From Antedon mediterranea (taxonomy: Eukaryota; Animalia; Echinodermata), in assembly GCF_964355755.1 (NCBI RefSeq), contig NC_092672.1, positions 22,209,237-22,273,236 of the forward strand: a stretch of DNA of 64,000 nt, read 5' to 3'. The position numbers and the translations under genes were made by a program. Positions 1 through 13,128 of the stretch are shown in pieces (position 1 is the first letter of the stretch; each line of letters begins with the position of its first letter). Under the pieces are notes generated by a model. It was not told where the DNA came from. It worked only from the letters and a program-made list of their open reading frames with translations, and searched no databases.

Positions 1-825
1 ATGTATTACAATTGTTTATAAACTCTTAATTGTTGTAGATTCTATTTCAGTACAATCTTTTTTTAAAACTAATATTGACCTTGGTTCATCCTTGTTTCAG
101 TTTGATGGTCCTACCTTTTCAATAGAATTACATTCATGTTCACAGAGTAAATTAAGATTTATCTCCTTTAAAATTAAATTCAATAAAACTATATCCCATA
201 ACAATTTTCCTATGAATAAATAGATGGAATTATTCTTAGTTTATTGATTTGATTCAGACCAATTTCATACACATTTAATAGCAATATTTTTTTCATTTTT
301 TAACTAATAATATGCATAGAAAATGTTTATTTTACAACTACAATACCTCATTAAGTAATTCATTTATTTACTTTTTTATGGCTTTAACTAGTTGAATTCT
401 CTCATGGTACCAATATAAAATCTTAATTGGCAATAAATTTCTATTGATCATACATTCTAATAATTTATGTTTCATAATTTTTTGGATTTTATTGTGTTAC
501 AATAAAGGAAAAATAAACGGTGTGGGAAAAAACATTATCAGATGACTAAATATATGTAATATAACGTTTTAATACATTTCTGGTGTTTTTGTACAACTTC
601 AAATTTTTATTTTTGTGCTATTTATCTTCCCATTTCCACCCTTTAAGACAGAATAGTTCAACTTCCCTTCCCCTGTAGTAGAGCACTGTATCAAGAATGT
701 TAAATAACAGACAAGAGACATAAAATTGCTTGTCTACATACACTTTATTCACAGTACACATATGGCTGAATGCATATAACAACATTACTATAAGCCCAAC
801 AATTGGGAAACCTTAAACATGTGGC

Positions 826-1140
826 TTACCTTTCATCGGTCATGCTTTTTAACAACCTACCTTAAACCCCTGCGTTAGCGGCTGAGGTAACACCAACCCA
901 GCGAATGCTATGCAGTCCAAATAGATACTTATTGTACCCACATCTTCGTAAAATATCCTTGAACAGCACGTCAGCGTGAATAGGACATCTTTCTAGCATG
1001 TGGCTACTAGTTGATTTCACTGACTAAATAGTGCTAATGTGGTTCCATGCCTTCTACTCTCTATATCAGCATGTATAAAGACCCAGGTATCTGTGTCCAA
1101 CAATAATGTCCAACCACCAATAGTTCTTGATAGTTCAAAC
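826..1140 (-). mobile_element. Decayed tyrosine recombinase remnant (DIRS/Ngaro-type retrotransposon)
   Basis: Minus strand reads MSYSR*..LFKDILRRCGYNKYLFGLHSIRWVGVTSAANAGV*GRLLK, resembling the YR C-terminal motif FGLHSLRxGGATxAANAGV of DIRS-like elements; stops and a frameshift present. Confidence 0.7.
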
Positions 1141-3589
1141 ACTGAATTATTTAATATTTTAAATAAACTAAAATTTACACCACTGTATGTAGTGTTTTTG
1201 TAAAAAAATTAATAAAATATGCACTTGATGTTAATTTTCCTTTTACCTCTTCCTTGTATTATTTTAGGTAAATACAGAATTTCATTTACAGTATTGTGGT
1301 ACAAAACTATGGAACAATCAAGTCCTTCTGTTTCTGAATTATTTCTTGTAGATGTTAAATCTTTGATTAGTTTTACACCTTTTCACCTTCTGTCAATTAT
1401 TTAAGAATTACTGACATTCAGTGATTGAAGTTTCTCCTTCATCTAATGTTCAAGCAGTATTGGTATAATGTTTTTTTATTGAGAATTGTCCTATAATTTC
1501 ACACATAAATTAATTATTCCCTGAGATTTGAAATCAAAATAAAATGTACATTGACTTAGGAATGTATTTAATAATTGCCCTGATTTAATGCACAACTATT
1601 AATTTAGATTGTATACTGGCTTTTTCTTTTTATCCAAATGTACATGAAAAACATAAGCATTCAATTTGAGGGCTTGTGATGAGTTGAAAATCAAATAACA
1701 ATATTATCAAGTTAAAGTTCAAAACAATTTTTTTTGTAATGGTCAAATGAATACAAAACAGAAAATATATTTAGGTTACATTAATTTATTTAAAAAGTAG
1801 CATGAAAACATAAAATAAAATACATGAATAAAGGTAATAACTATACAGGAACCAAAACTTAAAACAAATAAATAAAATCAACAGAAATATAGACAATAGC
1901 ATATTATTTTATCAGAAAAGTAGTTGGAGAGATAATGATTTTCAATTATTATACAAAAGTTTTTCTGATTAGAAACAAGGGTTGAATCAAGACAATTCCA
2001 CTTATATTTGGGGTAAAACATTATTTTTTGTTTAAAATAATTGCCAAACTCTGCAATCCTCCAAAAAACATAGCAAACCTCATTTAACCAACATAAAAGT
2101 GATTGAATCAGTAGTTCACAACTCACTTGGTTTGTCAATTAAAAAAAAACAATTTAAATATATTTTTTGTTTAATTAATTATTTTGCCATAAAGCATTAT
2201 TGTTTGGTTTAAAAATATAATTGCTAAACCTTCACTCTTGGATTAAAGGGGACGTAATTACCAGCCCAAACAATGTTACAGTACTGTATAATTAAAACAT
2301 TTTATTTTAATTTCTTTAGAATACTAATATATTTAGATATTTTATTTGATAAAAATTGTTGGCAGCCAATAATCCAATTAAAAGACCAAGGAATGATACT
2401 TCACTTATTAATTTTCTATCAAAAAAAATATAACAATTGCTGTGTGTAAGTTTATATCTAATACAATTTGTTTTAACCGTATTAATTAATAATTGGTTTG
2501 TAGTGAACCATTCATTAGCTTACTTAACTCTAAACTTAAAAGTTCAACAAGAAATCAATATTGTTATTAAAATAAAATAAAGTTGTACTGTATCATCTGC
2601 ATAAAAAAAGGTTGTCTGGAAGATTTACTAATTATTAATTTGAAATAATGATTTCGGTCTGTAAAATAGCTTTAAACCAATCTAAGAAAAATACCATAGC
2701 GAAACAACTTGAAAATATCATGGTTAACAACATCAAAATGTTTTCATACATCTAGAAAAGTACTTCATAAAATTAATTGTTTTCAAATGCAGTATAAACA
2801 GAATTAGTGAGTTCAAGAAAAGTATGTCAAAAGTGATATTGTATGCATACATTTTTCATTATTTTTTGAAAAAAATGGGTAAAATTAAGATTGGTATAAA
2901 ACTATCCGTTTTTAAATACAGGATTTACTTTTAATATGATTAGGTACAGAACCCATCATGAATGATTAATTAATGGCATGAGATGGCTTATAATAATAGA
3001 GCAACCTTTTTAAGAATCGACATGCTCTGAACGTTTACTAGAATCCAAACTATTAATTATATTAAACACTTCTGTTTCAGATATAAATGAGAGGCTATTG
3101 GAGGTGGTAATTAAGAGATTAGGTCTTTGGTATTTTTAGGAATATAGAATAACAGAGTTTTACAAATTTATGAAAAATAATCACTAAATTCTGGCTAATT
3201 ATGTTTGTATCATAAAAATATTCATCATTAATTTGTTAAACATGAGGTGTATTTTTACTTTCTTTACCAGGATTAATTACAGAATGTATTACTTCTCATT
3301 TGTTATGTTACATTAAATCTGATTGAATTTAGTTTTGTAGCATTTTTTCTTTGAAATTTGACAGTGCAGTAATAATGTTCATAGCATTTTTATTAAATTA
3401 TTATTATGTGTATGACAAAGATGGTGATTTGTTTAGAAGGATTTCTGAATCATAAACATTACACATTGTACCTACCTACTGTAAGTCATTACCAACATAG
3501 TATGTTTAAAGATTACTATTTTTAATAATTTTCCTTCATTAAATGCTTTTTCTGGATGTCAACAGCCGGCATAAAATGTTGTTGCCTTC

Positions 3590-4050
3590 ATAGCCTTAGC
3601 TTTTCGAATCACAATGGATCTTTGCGGCCTATAAATGATAATGTGTCTTGGGCATAGATCTTCACCTCAATTTTTCTAGTTCAGTGTACATTTTCAATCG
3701 AAATATTATTTAAGCCAAGATCAGTTTTAAATATGTCCTTTACAAGGTGCATTTGATCTTTTCCTTGATGTCACCAAATCATAGGTTGTAGCTTCTTAAA
3801 TGCCTTTCAACTCGTAGCAAATTCAGCTTCCATGTAGCTATTGTATCCTGTTTAGATTTGATGTTTCACACATTCATGTCAAACTATCCGTTGTAGCTTT
3901 AAATTTATCCTTAGTTTTACTTTGAAGTTCCATAACATTTCTGTTTAGCAATGCTTGTTAGCCTTGCTTTAGTGATGCTCTTTCCTTGTCAATCCTACTA
4001 TTTATGTCAGCTGCTAAGCTACTCATTTCACCACTCAATGCATTCATTCA
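3590..4050 (-). mobile_element. Possible highly decayed RTE-like LINE fragment
   Basis: Minus strand SLAADINSRIDK resembles the RTE xxEIxxRIxKA motif; the remainder is too degraded to align by eye. Confidence 0.25.
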
Positions 4051-5308
4051 ACATTTTTTTATTCATAGCGTGTTCAGTAGGCTCAGTTTTTATACCTATA
4101 CTATGAATTCGTGTTTTTCTTGTATTCATAGTTCAAGATAAAGCACTATTAATTGGTTATGAATACTCCTAGGCTTATATTCTTAGTAAAATGTAATACT
4201 TGCAGAATGATCAACTGTTGGGAATTAAATATTATACAGAGCATTGTATGTCTTCACTCAGAGATGTCCATAGCACTTTAATTTTACAGTAAATAAGAAT
4301 TTGAGTTCTCTACACTAAAGGTTATTCACATGACAGTATGTAATAGTGATATGTAAAAGGAATTTAATAATAAATCATAATCATCAGAAATAGAACAATT
4401 TATTTAATTAATTCAAATTGTTCAATATAATTTAAAATATTTAATATTCCTGGAGTATTATCACAAATAGATAATCATTTCAATTTGTAGCATTCAAAAT
4501 ACAGTAGGAGAGTTTGTTTATAATTTTATAATTGTATTACTTGATAGGTAGGCACCCAAACATTTTAAATTTTTTTTACTCCATCTTTGGTATTTAATTG
4601 CATTCTTTGAAAATTACCTTTTTTTCAATGAGCTTGCCTGAATCTTCAACTGTCTGGTGTTTTCAATTCTCCTTCTCCTTTTTATTTGGATATATATTGT
4701 ATTTTCATCTTCTTCCCAACTTTTTTATTATTTTTTTCAGGGAGCCTAGGCGTAAAGTTTTTCAACTTATATAGGTTTCCTTCTACACATACTATGTTTT
4801 TTATTGGTTATTATTAAGTGTTTATATAATTATTATTTTATGTATTTTTAATATATGTATGGAGAACATTTATTGAATATTTATTGAAAATTGATTAAAC
4901 AAATCAAATCAAATAAAACAAATCATAATATAATTTTGTGTATATGCTAAAAATGCCTTAGTAAACAACTCACATGATACGAATACCATTGGGCTACTGG
5001 TTTAAATTTTGGTTGATATCTAGTAAGACTAATAATACAATTAATGTGCATTACTAGAGTAAGCTAAGCTAGTGGCATGTTTTGAAATTAAAATGACCAT
5101 TTTGATTAACTGGCATTACATAAATGAAAGTGAAACTATTGTTTAATAGTGAGTACAGGTATTCTTTAAACGAATAGAGTTAGCCTAGGCCTCTAGGCTT
5201 ATAATACATAGCAGACAATATTTTTGTGAATAGAATAAATAAATAAAAATACTTTTGTCTTTTTCTAATTGGACATTTGGATTAATCATAAATACAACAG
5301 TTCTGACT

Positions 5309-6994
5309 GGGTGTGTAGAAAGCGACGACCTCGAATTGGACGACCCCAACGACCCGGGCGACCTCGAATTGGACGACCTAGAATTGGACGACCCATAACA
5401 CGAAACCGACGACCCCTATAATAGCCTAGCCTAGCCTAGGCCTAAGTATGGTATAACATCCCGAAGCCGAACATAACCAAAGATCTTTAAACCATACCTT
5501 ATATAATACTCGCAAGCAAGCAATTGATTGAAAAAATACAGAAATATCGCCATTTGATACTGAATGTGTCGACACGAACAAACGAACAGATATGGAACGC
5601 CAAGAGTGCATCATTAAAACTGCATTCGACTCGATTAGCACACGAAATATCATAAACATGGCAAACCAGGCCCTTTTTCAGCGGCAGGTAAGGTTTGACC
5701 GTATACAATGCATGTGTGAAATGTAAAGCTTTCTTATGGCCCTCCCCATGCAGGATTAGGCCAAGTTGAGCCGCCGACAAGTTGAGGCGCCGCCAAAAAC
5801 GTTATTTTCTATGAAACGCCAAATGCTTACTTTCGCCGGTGCTCGTTTCTATTTAATAGAAGTTCTATTTCTATTAATTATTAGATATAAATGTATATTC
5901 CAAAGTTTATATATCACGGTTTTTAGTATATATTATTAAATATTATAATTAAAGAGAAATAATTATGAATATCTGACTTGTAGATTCCAAAATATAAGGC
6001 CTAAAACATGACCGAAAATGATCGTTTTTAGCCAAAAATGACGTAAACATGTTGCCCCCTCAGGCGGCAGTTGAAGTAAAATAATTGCATAAAATCACCG
6101 TTTTTTAGTAAAATATTTTGTGTATTAACATTGTAAAATTCAATAAAATATGATATTAAAAGATAGTAAATAAAAAATAATAATTATTTAACCTCATTCG
6201 AAGAATATCAATACTCTATTAGTCCTGAGAGACAACGTGATTTTACGTGGTAGGCATACACGCGAGAAAAATATTATGGAGTGCACTGCATTTTTACCTT
6301 GAAAGATTAAAAACAATTAAATTATTAAATATGACTACTTTCCTTTGCTGTTTCAAACCAACAAAATTGTAGTATGTAATTATTATTTATTTTCATGACA
6401 CAATAAACCTAAAGACCATGAACTTATATAGGGCCTACTAGGACACCACTCTATCACTACGCGAAATGTCGTAAAAGACGCACTGGCCGTTTCATAGAAA
6501 TTACCGGCGGCTCAATTTGTCGGCGGCCCAACCGGTCATATCCCCCCATGCACATGTTACGCTGCTTGGTAGGCCTATAGTGTTCGTTATAAGAAGACAA
6601 GATGTAATTATACGTCCATGGTTTAACCATGTATTGTATAATATTTATTTCTTTTTAATTTATTTTTAATATGTCGAATGCAGTTTTAATTATGCACTCT
6701 TGGCGTTCCATATATTTTCGTTTGTTTGTGTCGACACAATCAGTATCAAATGGCGATATTTCTGTATTTTTTCAATCAATTGCTTGCTTGCGAGTATTAT
6801 ATAATAAGGTATAGTTTAAAGATCTTTGGCTATGTTCGGCTTCGGGATGTTATACCACACTTAGGCCTAGGCTAGGCTAGGCTATAGGGGTCGTCGGTTT
6901 CGTGTTATGGGTCGTTCAATTCGAGGTCGTTCAATTCGAGGTCGCCCGGGTCGTTGGGGTCGTCCAATTCGAGGTCGTCGCTTTCTACACACCC
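5309..6994. mobile_element. Non-autonomous TIR element with ~320-bp TIRs and 10-bp TSD (Mutator/MULE-like)
   Basis: Left end GGGTGTGTAGAAAGCGACGACCTCGAATTGGACG, right end its reverse complement; inverted match extends ~5309-5630 vs ~6672-6994; AGTTCTGACT flanks both sides (5299-5308, 6995-7004). Confidence 0.88.
5753..6543. mobile_element. Nested TIR element with 9-bp TSD (MULE/Merlin-like)
   Basis: GGATTAGGCCAAGTTGAGCCGCCGACAA ... TTGTCGGCGGCCCAACCGGTCATATCC imperfect TIRs; CCCCATGCA duplicated at 5744-5752 and 6544-6552. Confidence 0.8.
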
Positions 6995-8059
6995 AGTTCT
7001 GACTACATTAGGTGTCCTGTAAAATCATTTCATTTTTTTTTCTGTGGCTTAGACATTTTTTCATTCATACTTCAAATTTTGTAAGAATTGTCAGGATATC
7101 ATGTCATGCAACATGTAAATATTGCTGTTTTTGGACATGACATCATAACTCAGGTTTTCATAGCCATACAGCAAAGACTCTCCTAATATTAACCACTAGC
7201 AATTATACCCGCCCCAGGGCGGGTTTCAAAATTAGTTTAAAGCCTTCTCAACACCCGACGCCAGTATCTGTCTATATACTCACCAATCTCCACCCTTTTT
7301 CAATACCACCCCATACTCTTTTTTAAAAACAAATTCTTCCCAGTGATGGACAAATTCAATTCAACGTAAGCTTCAAATTGAGAGGAGTATACATAGCTAT
7401 GATGGGTCTAATAATGGTTGAAGTACATTGTAAATTGTGTAAATGAATAGGTGTCATATTGGCTGATAATTAAAATATCTAATTTAGATACTGCGGGGCC
7501 CCAGCCTTCTTTCTCCTCTCACCACCCCAGCCACAACCAACAAACCTTAACTCCTCCCCTAGACAGTTCAAGTATAGTACTTTTCCTAGTACAATTCCAA
7601 GCATATAGGCTACTTCATCATGGAGGCGACATTTAAGTTTATCTAAATTGTGTGCACAATAAAAAGAAGTTTGCTATTTATTTTGTATAACAAACACATG
7701 GAATATTTTAAAACACATTTTGTTTTTATTGTTCACTAATATAATATAATAATATTTAATATTGTTGGTGTTCCACTTTAGTGCTTTTTGACAATTAGGC
7801 TTAAATATAGTTGTTACTGTGTGCAAAACAATATCAGTTTTTTTGTAGCAACAGTGTACAGTTATATGCTCTAATTTAAAATATAATCTTTAATGTGTAT
7901 TATTATCAATACATATTGCTATATATACGTTATGTTTTTTCACGATATGGTCATAAATTTCCATTTGAAATACTTTATAAAACATTTACAATAGTGCCTT
8001 GACCATTATTTAATTAATATTATTTTTTAAAACAGTATTTAATCAAAAGGTGTATTGTC

Positions 8060-8350
8060 CCAAAATCATGAAAAATGAAGATTAATTTTATAAATCAGAT
8101 TTTGAATATGTTGTTTTGTAGGGTTTTAATAAAGTAACTGTAATCACTTCCGTAGAAAAAAAAAATGTTTTCATGGTTAAATTCAACCAAAAACCCATTG
8201 GCTGGCAGCCAATTTGAACATTTTTTCATTAAAATATTTAATTTAAAATTTTTTCAGGTAAATACATTTTTTTGGATCAAATTTTTTGTCTAAATGGCAC
8301 TTTCAACAAAAATGTTGTTAAGAATAATTTATTTTTTCAGGGGGACATTG
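8060..8350 (+). repeat. Dispersed repeat, copy 1 (second copy ~55300-55590)
   Basis: CATGAAAAATGAAGATTAATT...CCGTAGAAAAAAAA...ATGGTTAAATTCAACCAAAAA..CCATTGGCTGGCAGCCAATTTGA shared with the 55.3-kb copy. Confidence 0.75.
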
Positions 8351-10242
8351 CATTTTTAACAAAAACACTTAAAATTTCACAAACCTTCAATTGTTCTTAA
8401 ATATAATTTTGTATTTTAAAAGTGCAATTTTCACAAATTTGTTTTTTAGACAAGTCACTTAAAAATGCCCTCATGATCCCTGTGTATTATAATGATCAAA
8501 GATGCTAGTTGTACTGAATATTTTAGTAATGACATGTTTTATTCATCATTTTTAGTAATGCATTTTGCCATACTCTCTTTTATTGTCAACACACTACCAA
8601 CTCCGTCCACCACCTCCTCATCATTAAATAGTGAAGAGCAATGATATTAAAGGATGTAATATAGACCCATGTTAGACCCATTTTTAGTTTGTGCTTATTT
8701 TTTCCATAATACAATACAAGGGCCTATACATTTTATATTACACAGTGCCCTCACTCATCATTTATTTCTTTTTTTTGTTCACACTTTTAGTACCAGTGTA
8801 CTGTTCAATAAAGGCCAACAAATCTATAAAAAATGTAATTAAATTTAATTTTTTAAACTTTTTTTACGAAACTCATTTTAATTGAAATAGCATTTAAATT
8901 AAATGAAAAACAATTACCAGCATTAAACTAGAAGATGATTTCATTTCATTATTCGGTCTATTTCAGTATATGCATAAAAAAAACCTGAAGTTGGGGAGAC
9001 CAGGGTCAACCTACAGTAATTAGTGAACTTAATCACTAAGCTATACGGTAATATTTGTTGTCTTAGTCTAATTTGGCATTTTTAGTCATGTGCAAATGAG
9101 ACTCTATAGCTCACTATGTCGGTCGGTAGGTCGGTCGGTAAACACTAACTCAAATTTGCGCATGTGACTGCAGCCATGTATATGGCCTTGTTAATCATCT
9201 ATTTAAATAATAATAAATACAACATAGTATAAAACTGACTCCAAATAACAATGACTCAACGTTTCAAACTTTATTTGATCACCATCAGGAATAATGATAA
9301 AATGTAAGCATTAGGCCAAATAAAAAAACATACTTGTTAAGCGTCACCGCCCGCTCCTGATTATCCAGCCGCCTCTCTTTTTATTTTTATTTTTTTTTTA
9401 CCGATATACAACGGAAAGTTCAGCGGCCCGGCCCAGCTCCAGAGTAGGGCTCGAAATTCACGCTAGCAAACTAGCATTTTGCTAGTAGATTCTTCATAAT
9501 TGCTATTTGAAAATTTCAAAACTAGCAAATGTTTGTTAGGCTAGTGTAATTTTTGAAAAATACGTACTTTTTAGCTTAGACAACGCTAGCCGCCGATCGC
9601 TCTATGTCGACAACGGCAATTTGGTGAAAACAATTGTTTCATTTACACGCCGCCGATTTACGTCAAGGAAACGCGAATAGCACCGTGAATCATGTAATGT
9701 GGTAAACAGCAAGCTTTTTCCCCAACACATTAAATCATGTGCATTTAGTACGTCGCTGAGAATTACATCATCAGTCACGTGATTACAGAATACGCGATTA
9801 TCAATTTAGGGATTTAACGAAATAAATATTTTGCCTACACAGTGGTCGAAGCGCGTTTTTTTATAGGTTCGTAAATAGGAAACACCCCATACATAATGGA
9901 CTCTACCAATTTTGTTTACGATGATCTCGCGCTCGAGATCGACACACCACGAGGTCCTGTTGGGCGATGGGTTTCCTTATGCCTGGTTTACCTGTGGAAT
10001 AATTGCATACACTTTTTGCATCACAACTTTAAATACTGATTTACACAGCAATTGGCAAAGGATTCATCAAAGAAGAATGAATACTTTGAACAAAAATTCA
10101 CTTAAGAAATGCCGTAAGCTGTTTTCAAACTATAAATCAGCCCACTATTTAGTATTATTGAGACCAAATCATGCTTCTCGCGATAGGGAATTTCCTGGAT
10201 AGATGAGTCGAGCGAGAGACGGCGGATGGCCGATGAGTGAGG

Positions 10243-11241
10243 GGAGTATGGTCGAAGCGGCCGCCAAGCAAAGCGGCCGCCAGTTTAATATCGTCATTTG
10301 TATGGAACGCCATGTGCGCTTTAATCTTTGATTGTCGTTGTCAACACCATGGCCTATGGCCAGTTGAGTTACAGCTGTATGTATGGTCAAACCAATAAAT
10401 ATTATAAGCCAAATCATGAACTATCGAATCTTTATATTTCTAAAAAAATTAAGTTTTCCGATAAATATATTTAAATATTTGTATTTTAATATTAACTAAC
10501 TAAATATATTTACATATACTATCGAATCATTAATAATTTACGTTTGTATCATAATCTACGTACTATTGAACCTTTATATCTCATTTACTATTTATTTATT
10601 TATATCTCTTTTTTTTTAAATATTGGCAGTGAAGGGAAAAAATAATGTTAAACTAACCCGACGTTTCTCGAGCACTCTCCTATCGAATCTTTATACATAC
10701 GTAATTGCATTAATAATTTACGTACGGTATTGCCGAATCTTTATATCTCATTTACATACTATCGAATCTTTATACTGTACAGTATTGCAATAATTTACAT
10801 ACGGTATTGCCGAATCTTTATATCTCGTTTACTTTACTATCGAATCTTCATACAGTATTGCAATACTAATTTACGTACGGTATTGCCGAATCTTTATATC
10901 TCATTTACTTTACTATCGAATCTTCATACAATATTGCAATAATTTACGTACGGTATTGCCGAATCTTTATATCTCGTTTACTTTACTATCGAATCTTCAA
11001 ACAGTATTGCAATAGTTTACGTACGGTATTGCCGAATCTTTATATCTCATTTACATACTATCGAATCTTATTACATAATAATTTAGATTGTTATTTACGT
11101 CCGAGGTAAAGAAAACCTGTCGAAACAATGACAATCAAAGATTACAAAACAACGACAATCAAAGCGCACACGGCGTTCCATACAAATTACCGTTATTGAA
11201 CTAGCGGCCGCTTTGGTTGGCGGCCGCTTGGACCGTAATCC
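10243..11241. mobile_element. Nested TIR element with 8-bp TSD and internal minisatellite
   Basis: GGAGTATGGTCGAAGCGGCCGCCAA ... TTGGCGGCCGCTTGGACCGTAATCC, inverted match ~100 bp; GAGTGAGG at 10235-10242 and 11242-11249. Confidence 0.78.
10680..11070. repeat. ~73-77 bp tandem repeat, ~5 copies, inside the nested element
   Basis: CGGTATTGCCGAATCTTTATATCTC recurs at ~10725, 10802, 10878, 10951, 11024. Confidence 0.85.
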
Positions 11242-12952
11242 GAGTGAGGTGGGGGTAGCAGCTTGGACGGATTAGTTAGCCTAGGGCCTACAATTTCGCT
11301 TGGTGGCAATTAAGTTTAATGTTTTAATTACGTCTGGATATAAACAATACAAAACTCAATTTTGTCATAAGCAATAATATTTCATACATAGTCAATTTTG
11401 TTCTGTTTCGCATTTTAAAAGTTTGACGTTTCGTCCTAAAAAAAGTGGGCCAAAACGTCCACCGCGCAAAAATATACCTCTATAAAAAGTAAAAAAAAAA
11501 CAAAAAAAACCGTCCCCCCGCCCCTGAAAATTTATGAGGGTGTGACGCTTAACAAGTATATTTTTTTATTTGGCCTTATTGTTATTATTATGGAATGCTT
11601 TATTAAATAGGTAACAGCAGTGAGCACCAGTGCTTTGCACAGTCTGTAGTATAATTAAAATGATTCCATCTTCTATCATTGTTATATTTATTCATCTTCT
11701 TCTTCATTATAAGACAATAACAAACAAACTCGTTTAAATATAAATCTACCCACTGTAATGTTGGTGTTGCTACAGTTTTTCATATTTTAGAACAATGACA
11801 GATTATCAATGCTTACTTTATAGCATTCATTCAAGTATAAGCAATAATGTCAACAGTATACTATTTGAAGATCACAATATAAAGAGATCAACTTTATTAT
11901 TAAGATTTTGTAAAGCTTAATATTTGTTAACAGACTGTTCTTTATTTATCCACAAAATAGCAAAGATTAAAAATAAACTTGTTTCAAAAATGAAAAAAAT
12001 GTAAAACATTGATCGTTCCTTAAGTTGGTCATTGACACTATTTTAACTAAAATAACTAACTAAAATTTAAAGTTTAGTTAGCAAAGTTCAAAAGGATGAA
12101 TTAAAACACCTAATAAAAACCTTAAAAAGAGGCTACGAGGATGCTTGTTTTTCTTTTCTTACCATTATTGGATAAATGTTATTGAATTGAAATTGAATTG
12201 AATTCACAGCCACCACATATTTAATATACATTAATGACAAAATATGATGTTTTAATTAAGTTTAACTAAAAATGAAAAACTACAATGTGTATTCCCTTTG
12301 CGTACTGATCAGCCATTTGTTATTGTTGCAAGGTTTCAAAATGATGCAATGAACTTTACTCCGTCCATTGGATTGAATGTTAAATTGACCAAATATAAGT
12401 CCTGATAATTAACAGAACAGAGTATGCTCAGTATACTGTGCATAAGCATGCGCAGATTAATGTTTTGTGTAGATTACCGTATCCTTTCATCTACCGTCCA
12501 CCTTCATCTACTGTCCTGTCATAAAGTCACTAGTAGGTTTTATTGTAAATTAACAGCACACCACGTGCAACAGCTAATACTAAATAGTAGTACTAATCAT
12601 TGTCAGTATTTTCATTTCTATTGTAAATTAATAGTCAACAGATACCTCTTAGAATCAGTCAGTCATACATTCTACTCATCCACCCTTTACCAAAAATTTG
12701 GGATTTTTAAAATGTCTTTCTTTCCATCGTATATATTCATTTAGGACTGACAGTTTCATTCTTATAGTTTCATTCTACTGTAAAACAATACTACTCTCTT
12801 TTTCATTACATTCAGCCTCTTACATTAACATTCAAATTAATTCAGAATAAATACATTTGAATGATGAAGCCTAAAAAAACAAAAAACAGAATAACTAAAA
12901 TACAAATACATTGGTATATTTCGAAAGGCATTGTGAGATAGAATAGAGCTAA

Positions 12953-13128
12953 TGGGTGGCGCCATGGAGTAGCGCGCCCTCATCAAATTAGAAAGTCAAA
13001 ATCATAGAGGGGATCTGCTAATACTATAGGGGGATAGAGTAATTGACTGAGCCCTCTATAGGAATTAATAGTTTTGACTTCCTAGTTTGGAGGGGGCGCT
13101 GCTCCATGCTGTGAAATGGCGTCGCCCA
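12953..13128. mobile_element. Short foldback/MITE-like element
   Basis: CATGGAGTAGCGCGCCCTC..CAAATTAGAAAGTCAAAA pairs with TTTTGACTTCCTAGTTTGGAGGGGGCGCTGCTCCATG. Confidence 0.55.

Larger units (their letters stand above)
9314..11575. mobile_element. TIR element with TTA TSD (Zator- or PIF/Harbinger-like), non-autonomous
   Basis: GGCCAAATAAAAAAACATACTTGTTAAGCGTCAC ... GTGACGCTTAACAAGTATATTTTTTTATTTGGCC; TTA on both flanks. Confidence 0.82.

Noticed and set aside
1245-1400. Possible minus-strand exon ending at a GTAAAA donor
   Set aside because: All three frames from the nearest acceptor hit stops; no recognisable motif.
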